63,348 nt of DNA, filler included, from Octopus bimaculoides (GCF_001194135.2; 6 parts of 5 records of this genome joined end to end with filler, not necessarily neighbours in it); one strand, 5' to 3'; shown: positions 48,698 through 61,162, counted from the first letter of the whole stretch. The notes: generated from the sequence alone by a model not told the origin. Program-made: numbers and translations.

Positions 48698-49679
48698 NNN
48701 NNNNNNNNNNNNNNNNNNNNNNNNNNNNNNNNNNNNNNNNNNNNNNNNNNNNNNNNNNNNNNNNNNNNNNNNNNNNNNNNNNNNNNNNNNNNNNNNNNNN
48801 NNNNNNNNNNNNNNNNNNNNNNNNNNNNNNNNNNNNNNNNNNNNNNNNNNNNNNNNNNNNNNNNNNNNNNNNNNNNNNNNNNNNNNNNNNNNNNNNNNNN
48901 NNNNNNNNNNNNNNNNNNNNNNNNNNNNNNNNNNNNNNNNNNNNNNNNNNNNNNNNNNNNNNNNNNNNNNNNNNNNNNNNNNNNNNNNNNNNNNNNNNNN
49001 NNNNNNNNNNNNNNNNNNNNNNNNNNNNNNNNNNNNNNNNNNNNNNNNNNNNNNNNNNNNNNNNNNNNNNNNNNNNNNNNNNNNNNNNNNNNNNNNNNNN
49101 NNNNNNNNNNNNNNNNNNNNNNNNNNNNNNNNNNNNNNNNNNNNNNNNNNNNNNNNNNNNNNNNNNNNNNNNNNNNNNNNNNNNNNNNNNNNNNNNNNNN
49201 NNNNNNNNNNNNNNNNNNNNNNNNNNNNNNNNNNNNNNNNNNNNNNNNNNNNNNNNNNNNNNNNNNNNNNNNNNNNNNNNNNNNNNNNNNNNNNNNNNNN
49301 NNNNNNNNNNNNNNNNNNNNNNNNNNNNNNNNNNNNNNNNNNNNNNNNNNNNNNNNNNNNNNNNNNNNNNNNNNNNNNNNNNNNNNNNNNNNNNNNNNNN
49401 NNNNNNNNNNNNNNNNNNNNNNNNNNNNNNNNNNNNNNNNNNNNNNNNNNNNNNNNNNNNNNNNNNNNNNNNNNNNNNNNNNNNNNNNNNNNNNNNNNNN
49501 NNNNNNNNNNNNNNNNNNNNNNNNNNNNNNNNNNNNNNNNNNNNNNNNNNNNNNNNNNNNNNNNNNNNNNNNNNNNNNNNNNNNNNNNNNNNNNNNNNNN
49601 NNNNNNNNNNNNNNNNNNNNNNNNNNNNNNNNNNNNNNNNNNNNNNNNNNNNNNNNNNNNNNNNNNNNNNNNNNNNNNT

Positions 49680-49990
49680 GTATTAGTTTGACGCTCGAGA
49701 AATGAGAAAGTCTTTTACGTTTCGAACCTACGCTTTTCGACAGAAAGGGAAGCAGAGTGGAAAGTGGGGGGAGGAAATGGAAGCGGAAAGGTTAATAGAA
49801 GGTTGAAACTAGCAGAAAGGTGTTTCTTTTTAGGCGGTGGTGAAAGTGGAGGAGGAAAGGTTTGTAATCGGGGATGATTGAGAGACGAGAAGAGAAAGAA
49901 AGGAGAAAAAAGGGGGGGGGAGAGAATGGCAAACGATAATAGGAAACAAAAAAGTTTAGAAAAGTTCAAAATCTTCAAACGACGTTTTGT
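49680..49990 (-). mobile_element. Penelope-type 3' region with a mutated hammerhead (49712-49747)
   Basis: The minus strand reads CTTT-CTGTCGA-AAAGCGTAGGTTC-GAAACGTA-AAAG, then CTCGAGCGTCAAACTAATA. Confidence 0.65.
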
Positions 49991-50059
49991 ATTGAAGCGA
50001 TTTCTCATCATATATATTCATGTATGTATGTATGTATGTATGTATGTATGTATGTATTT

Positions 50060-50285
50060 GCCCCCCCCCCGCCTTCGCTTGACAATCAATGCTGGTGTGT
50101 TTACGTCCCCGTAACTTAGCAGTTCCGCAAAAGGGGTCCGATAGAATAAGTGCTAGGCTTACAAAGAATAGGTCCTGGGATCGATTTGCTCGACCGAAAC
50201 CCTTCAGGGCGGTGCCCCAGCGTGGCCACAGTCAAAATCACTGAAACACATAAAAGAATAAAAAGAATAAAAGAATAAATACGTG
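50060..50285 (+). mobile_element. SINE A 3' half
   Basis: Family A body with a (TAAAAGAA)n tail. Confidence 0.85.
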
Positions 50286-50689
50286 TCTGTGTGCGTATGC
50301 GTGCATGTGTGTGTATGAGATTCTGTGTGCATACGTGTGTATATTGTCTTAAAAGCTCTAATGCTTTCTCTCTCTCTCTCTCTCTTCTCTTGTTGGAACA
50401 TTGACAACAATCTCCCCCCAGTCTAATGCGTGCCTTTTGTCACGGCTGACAACCAAACTGGGCGAAATTATCTTAATCACTTCAATAGAGAGTAGCCATT
50501 AGCTGCTATTATGGAACAGGTCCTCTCCGCTTACTGCCCTGTCTGCCTACCTGCCTGCCCGTCTGTCTGTCTGTCTGTCTATCTGTGTGTCTGTGTGTCA
50601 CTATCAGTTTCTTCTGTATCGCTTATCAGCTCTACACACCTAGGTTTTCTTTGATCATTTTCTTGGGAAAAGAACCCTGAATCTCTCTC

Positions 50690-50934
50690 TCTCTCTCTCT
50701 CTCCCTCTCACGTTCTTTCTCTCTCTCTCTCCCTCTCACGTTCTTTGTCTCTCTCTGTCTCCCTCTCACGTTCTTTGTCTCTCTCTCTCCCTCTCACGTT
50801 CTTTGTCTCTCTCTCTCTCCCTCCCTCTCACGTTCTTTGTCTCTCTCTCTCTCTCTCCCTCTCACGTTCTTTGTCTTTCTCTCTCTCCCTCCCTCTCACG
50901 TTCTTTGTCTCTCTCTCTCTCTCTCCCTCTCACG
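50690..50934. repeat. CT-rich minisatellite (CTCTCACGTTCTTTGT interspersed with (CT)n)
   Basis: Directly visible. It runs into a gap. Confidence 0.9.
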
Positions 50935-51554
50935 NNNNNNNNNNNNNNNNNNNNNNNNNNNNNNNNNNNNNNNNNNNNNNNNNNNNNNNNNNNNNNNNNN
51001 NNNNNNNNNNNNNNNNNNNNNNNNNNNNNNNNNNNNNNNNNNNNNNNNNNNNNNNNNNNNNNNNNNNNNNNNNNNNNNNNNNNNNNNNNNNNNNNNNNNN
51101 NNNNNNNNNNNNNNNNNNNNNNNNNNNNNNNNNNNNNNNNNNNNNNNNNNNNNNNNNNNNNNNNNNNNNNNNNNNNNNNNNNNNNNNNNNNNNNNNNNNN
51201 NNNNNNNNNNNNNNNNNNNNNNNNNNNNNNNNNNNNNNNNNNNNNNNNNNNNNNNNNNNNNNNNNNNNNNNNNNNNNNNNNNNNNNNNNNNNNNNNNNNN
51301 NNNNNNNNNNNNNNNNNNNNNNNNNNNNNNNNNNNNNNNNNNNNNNNNNNNNNNNNNNNNNNNNNNNNNNNNNNNNNNNNNNNNNNNNNNNNNNNNNNNN
51401 NNNNNNNNNNNNNNNNNNNNNNNNNNNNNNNNNNNNNNNNNNNNNNNNNNNNNNNNNNNNNNNNNNNNNGGTGGTAGTGGTGGTGGTGGTGATGAAACGG
51501 AGGATGGTGGCGGTGATAGCGGTTGTGAACGTGGACCACGACGGCGACGACGAC

Positions 51555-51597
<43 letters not shown>

Positions 51598-51879
51598 TAG
51601 AGGAGGAGGGAGAGAATAATGACGACGATGTTCATGGTGGTGGTGGTGATGGTGTTGGCAATGGCCACGATAGCGATAATGATTATCATGTTGATGATGA
51701 TGATGATTATGGTGATGCTGATGATGATAATGGTGGTGGTGAGTATGGAACCTAAACATTTTAACCAACTGGCAGAAGACCAGGAATTAGTTGAAGACAA
51801 GATCTGGGCAATTAGCTACAAAAGCAGAGAGTATATGCATATCCATGTACACACACACACACACACACATTAGATATAG

Positions 51880-52042
51880 ACTCAGGAATGGCTGTGTGGT
51901 AAGAAGCTTGCTTCCCAACCACATGGTCCATGGTTCAAGTTTCACTGCGTGGCAACTTGGGCAAGTTTCTTCTACTTTATCCTCGGGACGGCGAAAGCCT
52001 TGTCAGAGGACGTGGCAGGCGGAAACTGAAAGACGTCCGTCC

Positions 52043-52045
<3 letters not shown>
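51880..52045 (+). mobile_element. SINE A 5' half
   Basis: tRNA-like head and CORE-like block. Confidence 0.8.
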
Positions 52046-52124
<79 letters not shown>

Positions 52125-53232
52125 NNNNNNNNNNNNNNNNNNNNNNNNNNNNNNNNNNNNNNNNNNNNNNNNNNNNNNNNNNNNNNNNNNNNNNNNNNNN
52201 NNNNNNNNNNNNNNNNNNNNNNNNNNNNNNNNNNNNNNNNNNNNNNNNNNNNNNNNNNNNNNNNNNNNNNNNNNNNNNNNNNNNNNNNNNNNNNNNNNNN
52301 NNNNNNNNNNNNNNNNNNNNNNNNNNNNNNNNNNNNNNNNNNNNNNNNNNNNNNNNNNNNNNNNNNNNNNNNNNNNNNNNNNNNNNNNNNNNNNNNNNNN
52401 NNNNNNNNNNNNNNNNNNNNNNNNNNNNNNNNNNNNNNNNNNNNNNNNNNNNNNNNNNNNNNNNNNNNNNNNNNNNNNNNNNNNNNNNNNNNNNNNNNNN
52501 NNNNNNNNNNNNNNNNNNNNNNNNNNNNNNNNNNNNNNNNNNNNNNNNNNNNNNNNNNNNNNNNNNNNNNNNNNNNNNNNNNNNNNNNNNNNNNNNNNNN
52601 NNNNNNNNNNNNATATATATATATATATATATACACACATACGTATATGTACATGCTTACATCTATGCGTATATATATATATGCATGTGGGCACAGGATG
52701 TTACGAAACGTGTACAACAAAAAAAGTACGAAGTACTATTTTTTCGAACAACGAAAGACACAAATGGAATACAAGACTGCAATAGAAGATACTTGCCACA
52801 CAGCCACGCCCGATAAAAAAAATTATTAGAACATTTTATGTATCATAGAAGTATAAGCGATTTATTGCCTATAAATTTTAATAAAATTTAATAGGGACCT
52901 CCAATAGGGCCAAGTGGACCCCGGATGAGTGCCATGCCAGATTCTGCGTGGTCAAAAAACTCTGCTACAAATGACAAGTCAAATCTTCTGTAAACCACAC
53001 CATGTCGTCTTAGATACATTGAGAAATACAGACCTAAAGATATTCACACTGTGTGTTCTGATATATATGGGATGGTCAAAACTAGAACGTCTTTGATCAT
53101 CAGTTTGTTGAATGGGGGATGACCTAGTGCCTTACAACAACATCATCAACAACAACAACAACAGCAACAACACGTATCATATGAGAAATCTAATGCGGTA
53201 TGTAACAACATGCTGGCTTGTGAAGTGGTGTG

Positions 53233-53262
53233 GGATTAGCGCTAATCCGGCGTCACTTCCGG
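53233..53262. promoter_or_regulatory. Perfect palindrome GGATTAGCGCTAATCC abutting an ETS-CRE composite (GGCGTCACTTCCGG)
   Basis: 16-bp palindrome at 53233-53248. CGTCACTTCCGG at 53251-53262 is the reverse complement of the motif at ~9476. Confidence 0.45.
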
Positions 53263-53516
53263 TTCTTGTTGATAACATTGGTAATAGAAGCCTGGGTAGG
53301 TGCCTGCGTGTTGTGGGTGAGTGTGTGTGTGTGTGTGTGTGTGTGCGTGTCTGTGTGCGTGTGGTTGTGTGTGGATGTGTATGTTTGTGTCTGTAATGGG
53401 TACATGTATGTATGTACGCATGCATGCGTGTATGTATGTATATATGTATGTATATATGTATGTATATATGTATGTGTATATGTATGTACAGATAGATAGA
53501 TTGACTGACACAGATA

Positions 53517-53556
<40 letters not shown>

Positions 53557-53698
53557 NNNNNNNNNNNNNNNNNNNNNNNNNNNNNNNNNNNNNNNNNNNN
53601 TTAATTAATTAANNNNNNNNNNNNNNNNNNNNNNNNNNNNNNNNNNNNNNNNNNNNTATTGGCTGCGTTGGAGATAATGGTAGCGGCGGCGGTTGTCA

Positions 53699-53791
<93 letters not shown>

Positions 53792-54250
53792 CAGCAGCAG
53801 CAGCAGCGATGGTGGACGATCGTCATGACCTCAAGCTTTAAATAACATACAGCACCAGTTACCAATGCATTATTACCATCCCAAGAAATCGTCGTTCAAC
53901 ATATCTTGAATGTCCGTGTTTTTTGTTTTTTTTAACTTTCTTTCTTCGCATTCTTGCAGTGCATAAATTCCAGGAAGTGGTATTTACTTCTTTATGAGGT
54001 GAAAGCGCTACCAATTTGGGACGGTGCAGCTGTTCATTAAGGTGGCTGCCAGCTTATCAGTAATGATAGCAAAATAAGGTGCATGTTCCCGCCGTTATCA
54101 AATATCATCTCCACGGTCCAGCCAATGCGTTGTAGCCTGAAAGAAATTATACCAACAAAGTATTTGAACCAAGTTCTCATGGAAATAGAAGAAAATTTGG
54201 GAGAAGACACACAAGATTAAAGGACTTTCAGTAACATCACATCAAAACCT

Positions 54251-54493
54251 AAGGTTGTGAGCTGGCAGGATGGTTAGCACGTCGGGTGAAATGCTGCTTG
54301 GGATGGAACTTTACTACTAAAATGCTTAGCATTTCGACTGTCTTTACGTTCTGAGTTCGAATTCCGCAGAGGTCAACTTTACCTTTCATTCTATCGGGGT
54401 CGAGAAAATAAGTACCAATTGAACACTGGGTTAAATGAAATCGACTTGCTCGACCACTAACATTGCTGACATTTTGTCCAAATTTGAAACCCA
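54251..54493 (+). mobile_element. Full-length SINE B
   Basis: Head AGCTGGCAGGATGGTTAG..GAGTTCGAATTCC and central AGGTCAACTTTACCTTTCATTCTATCGGGGTCGAGAAAATAAGTACCA (similar to the Sauria-SINE-type central block). Confidence 0.8.
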
Positions 54494-54890
54494 TACCTGC
54501 AATTTAATTTTGTAAAAGGTTCCGAAGACGACCATTCTTGCTAATATTTCGAAAGACTTCAGTGCGATGTATAGGTAGAATAAGATTATAAGGTGAAATA
54601 CGATTTTGAAAGATTCTAAGCAGGGGATTTTTATTGTATATCACAGATGGAAAGTGAGACAAATGTCAAGAAAGACTATTTCAGAACTTGACTAAGGTGA
54701 TACAGGTGACAATTATCTTTTAACTTTTACTTGTTTCGGTCATTTGACTACAGCCATACCGGGGCACCACTTTCAAGAACTTTTAGGCGAATGAATCGAC
54801 CCCAGTGTTTTATTTAAGCCTCGTACTTATTCTATCGGTTCTTTGGTTAAACCGTTAAATTATGGAGACATAAACAAACCAACATTGCAG

Positions 54891-55068
54891 TTCTGTATTT
54901 AAGAGATGAGGAATTATGTATATTATTTACATTTACATTTGACGGATATTTGTCCTCATCCTGTTTGTTGTTAACACAACGTTTCGGCTGAAATACCCTC
55001 CAGCCTTCATCGGGTGTCTTGGGGAAATTTCGAACCTGGGTTCTCATTCCTAAAGTATTTTTTTGATG

Positions 55069-55110
<42 letters not shown>

Positions 55111-55210
55111 TCACTGCCTGGAATCGAAATCGGAATCTTGGGGTTAGTAGCCCACGCTCTTAACCACTACGCCATATACCCACAGGCATATGGCGTAGTG
55201 GTTGAGAGCG
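54891..55210 (-). mobile_element. tRNA-headed, hammerhead-containing short element with 5' fold-back
   Basis: On the minus strand: A box TGGCGTAGTGG, anticodon-like loop CTACTAA, B-like GATTTCGATTCC, (AAT)n, then a hammerhead at 54973-55018. A 26-bp inverted repeat lies at 55155-55180/55185-55210. Confidence 0.75.
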
Positions 55211-55428
55211 TAAAATGTGTTTATTATGGTAGTTTTGATTTTAAAAGTCCCTCGTAGCGTGAGGCATTTATGTATAGTAATGCTCTTAATATATATATAN
55301 NNNNNNNNNNNNNNNNNNNNNNNNNNNNNNNNNNNNNNNNNNNNNNNNNNNNNNNNNNNNNNNNNNNNNNNNNNNNNNNNNNNNNNNNNNNNNNNNNNNN
55401 NNNNNNNNNNNNNNNNNNNNNNNNNNNN

Positions 55429-55469
<41 letters not shown>

Positions 55470-56123
55470 ATATATGTATAGATGGATGGATATTTTTTGT
55501 CTGGAAATTACCACTTCCTCTAGCTTATCCGTTCTACAGAGTGAGACGATAGCTTACAACTACTTATAACAGATGGTATGGGTAGCAGGTACTGCTATAT
55601 TTCATTTACCTAACAGTGCGTATTAATTAACTAAAATTAATATTCGCTGCCAATAAATAGACTGATGCACGAATCAGGGAAATCGTTGCTTGTCTCTTGT
55701 ACCATTTGTACTGAAGTAGCTCCGTAGAATGAAACAAGTAGATACTCTTAATGTGCTGTAATAACCAGGCGAAACTAACCATGTTGTGTGTCTTCAGATT
55801 TTTCTGGGTAGAGAGATAGGGAGGAAGAGAAGAAGAGCTTTGTTTTATACATCGTAGCTATGTAAATATTTATTAAACATATGCATGGAAACATATTTAC
55901 GCATACACGGTATCTCAGAAAAGTAGCTGTTCATACATACCTACCTACCTACATACATACATACATACATACATACATACATACTTACATACATACATAT
56001 ATGCATGCATGCATGCATGTATGCATATTTGTATATTCTTGCGAAAACGTTAAACGCTCAATATACACCTGTGTTGGGAGTGTCTGTTATAATTAACTGT
56101 TAGTAAACCGATTAACGCCTCGT

Positions 56124-56190
<67 letters not shown>

Positions 56191-56772
56191 NNNNNNNNNN
56201 NNNNNNNNNNNNNNNNNNNNNNNNNNNNNNNNNNNNNNNNNNNNNNNNNNNNNNNNNNNNNNNNNNNNNNNNNNNNNNNNNNNNNNNNNNNNNNNNNNNN
56301 NNNNNNNNNNNNNNNNNNNNNNNNNNNNNNNNNNNNNNNNNNNNNNNNNNNNNNNNNNNNNNNNNNNNNNNNNNNNNNNNNNNNNNNNNNNNNNNNNNNN
56401 NNNNNNNNNNNNNNNNNNNNNNNNNNNNNNNNNNNNNNNNNNNNNNNNNNNNNNNNNNNNNNNNNNNNNNNNNNNNNNNNNNNNNNNNNNNNNNNNNNNN
56501 NNNNNNNNNNNNNNNNNNNNNNNNNNNNNNNNNAAAAGAAAAATTTTTTTAAATGCATTTCTGACATTGAAATTAATGAAAGTGAAAAAAAAAATGGATA
56601 TACGAGGAAATTTAACTGTAAACTTCAAGAAATTTTTTACAACTTTTTATATGGAAATATTTCTTATTTGTTGATCATGTCTTACATTTTTAAAAGAAAA
56701 TACAGTGTGGAATTCTTTAAATATAATTATCTAAATCCCATGCATACTGCAATCGCCCGACACAAATATCTA

Positions 56773-56899
56773 CAGGGTGTCCACAAAGTGTGGGTACATG
56801 GAGTAAATAAAATCATGACATAAACAATGAAATATAAGAAATAATAATTTCTTAAAGTATGTGTTAATTCCCATGTACCCAGACTTTGTGGACACCCTG
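56773..56899. mobile_element. 127-bp Tc1/mariner MITE
   Basis: 28-bp TIR CAGGGTGTCCACAAAGT(G/C)TGGGTACATGG with a TA TSD on both sides. Confidence 0.92.
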
Positions 56900-57275
56900 T
56901 ATTATCCATTTACAAGCATCTTTTAAAAGAATTTGGAAAAAAGTGGCTGTAATCGATGTAGCGCTGGACAAGCAGAAATCGCCTTATCATTAACAGACAC
57001 TGTGAAGCACTTTTGAAAAACGAAAAGATTTTAAACAAACTTTCAGACAAAAGTGAGTTATCTGAAAACAGCGGTAAATATACTGAAATAGCATTATCTC
57101 TGATTTTGATGAAAAATAGCGAAGTCATTTTTAAAATCTACTTATTTTTAAAGGTTGTCCTCAACTATTCAGCACGATTTAATCCAATCAAATACTGTTG
57201 TTGTTTGGACCAAATACACTCATACCACCATTTAATGAATGAAACTTATGTGTTTCCCTCAACTTTTATCTATTA

Positions 57276-57760
57276 CTAGCAGTATAACCCGACGTTGTCC
57301 GGGTGTGACTTATTACGCCACCTACGATAAGTCTTGCTAGGTGAAAATCAACTAAAAAAGAAAGCCTTACAATGAAAAAACCCTTATGATGTAAATATGT
57401 TCATAATTCAAAAGACGAAATTAATAGGGGAAGTCTGAAGGCTGTTTTGTGTAACATTATTAAGTGTACGTAAATTTCATCCGTCTAATTGGCTATACAA
57501 ATGCTTGTGCAAAACAACTTTTTGCGCTGCCTTGATTACACATAGGAGGGTAATTCCTTTTCGCAGGAAGTAGGACGGCAATTTCTGATGAAGCAATTGC
57601 TGGCGATCTGTTGCTACACAGTTCTGCCAGAATTCTATCAGATTGGGCAGTAGATAATGATGCACCGTTTTGCATTATGTTCAAGGTAACTTCTGGAATG
57701 TGGTGAATTGCTGCAGTCTGTTGCTGCCTTTTTAAACGGAGGCATAATCTATGTACATAT
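57276..57760 (-). mobile_element. Helitron 3' end with a degenerate PIF1-helicase fragment
   Basis: The minus strand has the hairpin CCCGGACAACGTCGGG, a spacer, and CTAG|T at 57279-57275. Translation RILAELCSNRSPAIASSEIAVLLP resembles the Helitron helicase motif AVASSGIAATLLP. Confidence 0.65.
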
Positions 57761-57823
57761 TAAACGGAACAACAAAAGTTATAACAGATGGGAGGGTCGG
57801 TAGTTTTCACATTTCGGTGATTT

Positions 57824-58011
57824 TTCAGATTAACACCCGCACGATTACGTAACCCTAACCCTAAAACCGTAACCGTAAGACTAACCCTCATCGTAACCCT
57901 AAAACCGTAACCCTGACCCTAAAACCGTAACCCTGACCCAAAAACCGTAACCCTGACCCAAAAACCGTAACCCTAACACCCTAGTGAAAATCGTGCGGGT
58001 GTTAATCTGAA
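57824..58011. mobile_element. 188-bp TIR element filled with TAACCC-based repeats
   Basis: Perfect 23-bp TIR TTCAGATTAACACCCGCACGATT (57824-57846 / 57989-58011) and internal 20-bp units TAACCCTGACCCAAAAACCG. A shorter inverted relative lies at 58623-58709. Confidence 0.85.
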
Positions 58012-59937
58012 TAATAATAATAATGACCTCTGCAGATCAAACTCCCAACCCACAACTAAGTTTTAAGTGCATATATATATGGGCAACACACACACACATA
58101 CACACTAAATAAAAAAATGTTAGTAAGTACAGAACTTCAGCATTATATATTAAGATGGGCAACACACACACACACACTAAAAAAAACGACAGGTATTTGT
58201 ATGTATGTGTGTATTAATGTGTATTCTGTGTCTATATATGGTAGTAAGTAAATGCGTTTCAAGAAAGATATNNNNNNNNNNNNNNNNNNNNNNNNNNNNN
58301 NNNNNNNNNNNNNNNNNNNNNNNNNNNNNNNNNNNNNNNNNNNNNNNNNNNNNNNNNNNNNNNNNNNNNNNNNNNNNNNNNNNNNNNNNNNNNNNNNNNN
58401 NNNNNNNNNNCCCAAAAACCGTAACCCTGACCCAAAAACCGTAACCCTAACACCCTAGTGAAAATCGTGCGGGTGTTAATCTGAATAATAATAATAATGA
58501 CCTCTGCAGATCAAACTCCCAACCCACAACTAAGTCTTAAGTGTATATATATATGGGCAACACACACACTAAATAAAAAAGATGTTAGTAAGTAAAAGTG
58601 TTTTAAAAAAGATTGTTAAATTTTCAGATTAACACCCGTACGATTTTCACTACAGTGTTAGGGTTAGGGTTTGTTAGAGTTAGGTAGGTAATGATGCGGG
58701 TGTTAATCTCAAGATTTACGAAAAGATTTTCAAAAAGTCACAGTTTGTAGGGAATAAATGTTTGTTGATCGTATTTGAGAAAGATGTCTTGCTGGTAAAT
58801 GACGGTGTTAGAAATGGAAAGTAAACTTATAATTCCCGCCAATTAGAATGAGGTCATTGGTAACCATAGGTACATATATATAATCTTATTCGGTTCTAAT
58901 AAATGTACACCTGTTACTGCAACTAGTTGTTGTCCTTTGTCGAGAAAACATGCGATCAAATGTAATCTAGAATAACCATTCTGTCCTTTATTTCCCCATA
59001 TATGGTATATCTTGAACTATATTATCTAATATCTCTTCCTTTTGAAGATTGTATTCTTTGAAGGATTTTCGGTTGTTTTAATACGAAATAAAAGCGCTAA
59101 GCCGTAATACGTATAAGTACAAACTTTTCGAACCCGTAAGAAAGCCGTTCACTGTATTTTGTCATAGTACGAAGACGGGAATATAATAGTAATAATAATA
59201 TTGATTTCAATATCCTTCAAAGCGTGCAATCTTTAAAAGGAAGAAATATTAGATAAAATTAGAAACCAGTATTAATATAAAGAGCACGATGTTTACTCTT
59301 ATTTTAATTTCATTCCTCAAGCAGAGACAGTCTTGAGAGGCAAACAATTTGCAGTTAGAAATTATCGCCCGACAAGGGAGAAAGACTGCGACTTGATTTC
59401 AATTGTCTCCAAGTCAGCTGACTACACTTTTGGAAAGACAGGAATGTAAAACTTCTAATTTTCTTCTTCCTGTCAGCATATAGGATCTTTTGACCTAGCA
59501 AAAATATAATCAGACAAAAGATGATGGAGATGGTACTACTGAACACACACAAAAAGACCAGCTAAATTGCATTGTGGCATTTAGTTTAATCTCTTATTTT
59601 CTAAGTAAAAATTCTGATGATGATGGCAATCAAATAAATTGTAATAATTTATAGAGAGTTCAATTGACTATAGAGAAAATATGTGCCAACGGGTTTTTAT
59701 ACTAAATCAATTCATTGTGATAAAGTGACGGCGGAGATAATGACACATTAAAATTCCAGTCTGATAAATTAAAGGAGTTGACAACCGTCTGGCTACTTTG
59801 ACGAAGAGTTGGTACATACAAATATACACAAACATATTCTCATGTATTCTGATTTATTTCTACTGTATGTTTGTATGCGTGTGTATATATATACACACAC
59901 ACACACACATACATACATACATACATACATACATACA

Positions 59938-59969
<32 letters not shown>

Positions 59970-59970
<1 letters not shown>

Positions 59971-60275
59971 GGCGCAGCCATGGCTGTGTAGTAAGCAGTT
60001 TGCTTTTCAGCCACATAGTTCCAAATTCAGTCCCACTACGTAGCAACATCGGCAAGTGTTTTCTACTATACTCTTGGGCCATGTATGTATGTATCAATGT
60101 GTGTGTCTTTGTACCTGTGTTTGTCTCCCAATCACCGCTTGACAATTGGTGTTAGTATGTTTACGTCCCCGTAACCTAGTGGTTTGGCAATATGCCTTTG
60201 GGTCGATTCAAGACGGTACTCCAGCATGTGCGCAGTCAAATGACTGAAACAAGTAAAATAAAAGAATAAAAGGAT
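59970..60275 (+). mobile_element. SINE A with internal deletions
   Basis: Head, body and tail blocks are present. Confidence 0.8.
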
Positions 60276-60714
60276 ATATATATATAGAGAGAGAGGGCAG
60301 AAAAAGAGAGATAGAATAAAGAAATAAGGATGAGAAATTCAAGGCATCAGTACATGCGTTTCAATAGCGTGAATATTTATTTCATAATGCATAATAAATT
60401 ACATATTACATAATTTCACATTTTTGCGTAACCACTTTATTTCCTCAGGAGTTATTCTGCTTTCCATCGGCGAAATTCGATCTTTATCCTTGTTTTTCCA
60501 TCACCTCAGTAATATTTCCTATATCATTGACGCAATCAGACGAGTAGTATTATGAAATATAAACTCTTTGGATTTAAAAGCGCTGAAACTGCGCTTCTAG
60601 TCTCGATTTCCGTGGTTGATAAGAGGTATTTCTATATTTCCTTGTCTTTCGTTCTTTTTTCTATTATTATTTCTATATTCTACTTTTTATTATTTCATAC
60701 ACACACAGATAAAA

Positions 60715-60722
60715 AGATAGAC

Positions 60723-60781
<59 letters not shown>

Positions 60782-60895
60782 CAGACAGGTAGGTAGGTAG
60801 GTAGGTAGGTAGGTAGGTAGGTAGGTAGGTAAGTAGGTGGGTAGGTAAGTAGGTAGGTAGGTAAGTAGGTAGATAGATAGATAGATAGATAGATA
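60715..60895. repeat. Compound (GATA)n(GGTA)n(GATA)n microsatellite
   Basis: Directly visible. Confidence 0.95.
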
Positions 60896-61123
60896 GGTTT
60901 CTTTATTAGCCACACAGGGCTCAACACAGAGGGGACAAAATACAAATGTAGAGTTTTTCTTTTCGAGGGGGTCGAAAACAAAGCAGAAAAAAAAACAAAA
61001 GTAGGGACAACGATGAAAAAAAANNNNNNNNNNNNNNNNNNNNNNNNNNNNNNNNNNNNNNNNNNNNTTAATTAATTAANNNNNNNNNNNNNNNNNNNNN
61101 NNNNNNNNNNNNNNNNNNNNNNN

Positions 61124-61159
<36 letters not shown>

Positions 61160-61162
<3 letters not shown>

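Noticed and set aside
53960-54230. Strong plus-strand acceptor followed by a mostly open frame
   Set aside because: An in-frame stop occurs after 26 codons, the donor is weak, and no homology was recognised.
55108-55183. Functional tRNA gene (also the tRNA-like heads at 16764, 19948, 54251)
   Set aside because: The acceptor and T stems do not pair properly, and each head continues into a repeat body. These are SINE-type heads.
57586-57610. CTGATGA plus small hairpin as a hammerhead (also CTGATGA at ~48034)
   Set aside because: There is no downstream GAAA and no helix I/III. The 57586 instance lies in the Helitron helicase remnant.
57850-57980. True telomere or chromosome-fusion site
   Set aside because: The tract is short, degenerate and enclosed by TIRs.
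58411-58600. Second copy of the TIR element right half and its flank
   Set aside because: It is a near-identical repeat of 57950-58135 directly after a gap, with a few SNPs and indels. It is most likely an uncollapsed allele.
59322-59449. Exon-like frame ETVLRGKQFAVRNYRPTREKDCDLISIVSKSADYTFGKTGM*
   Set aside because: It is short, has a modest acceptor and no recognisable homology, and is within chance expectation.
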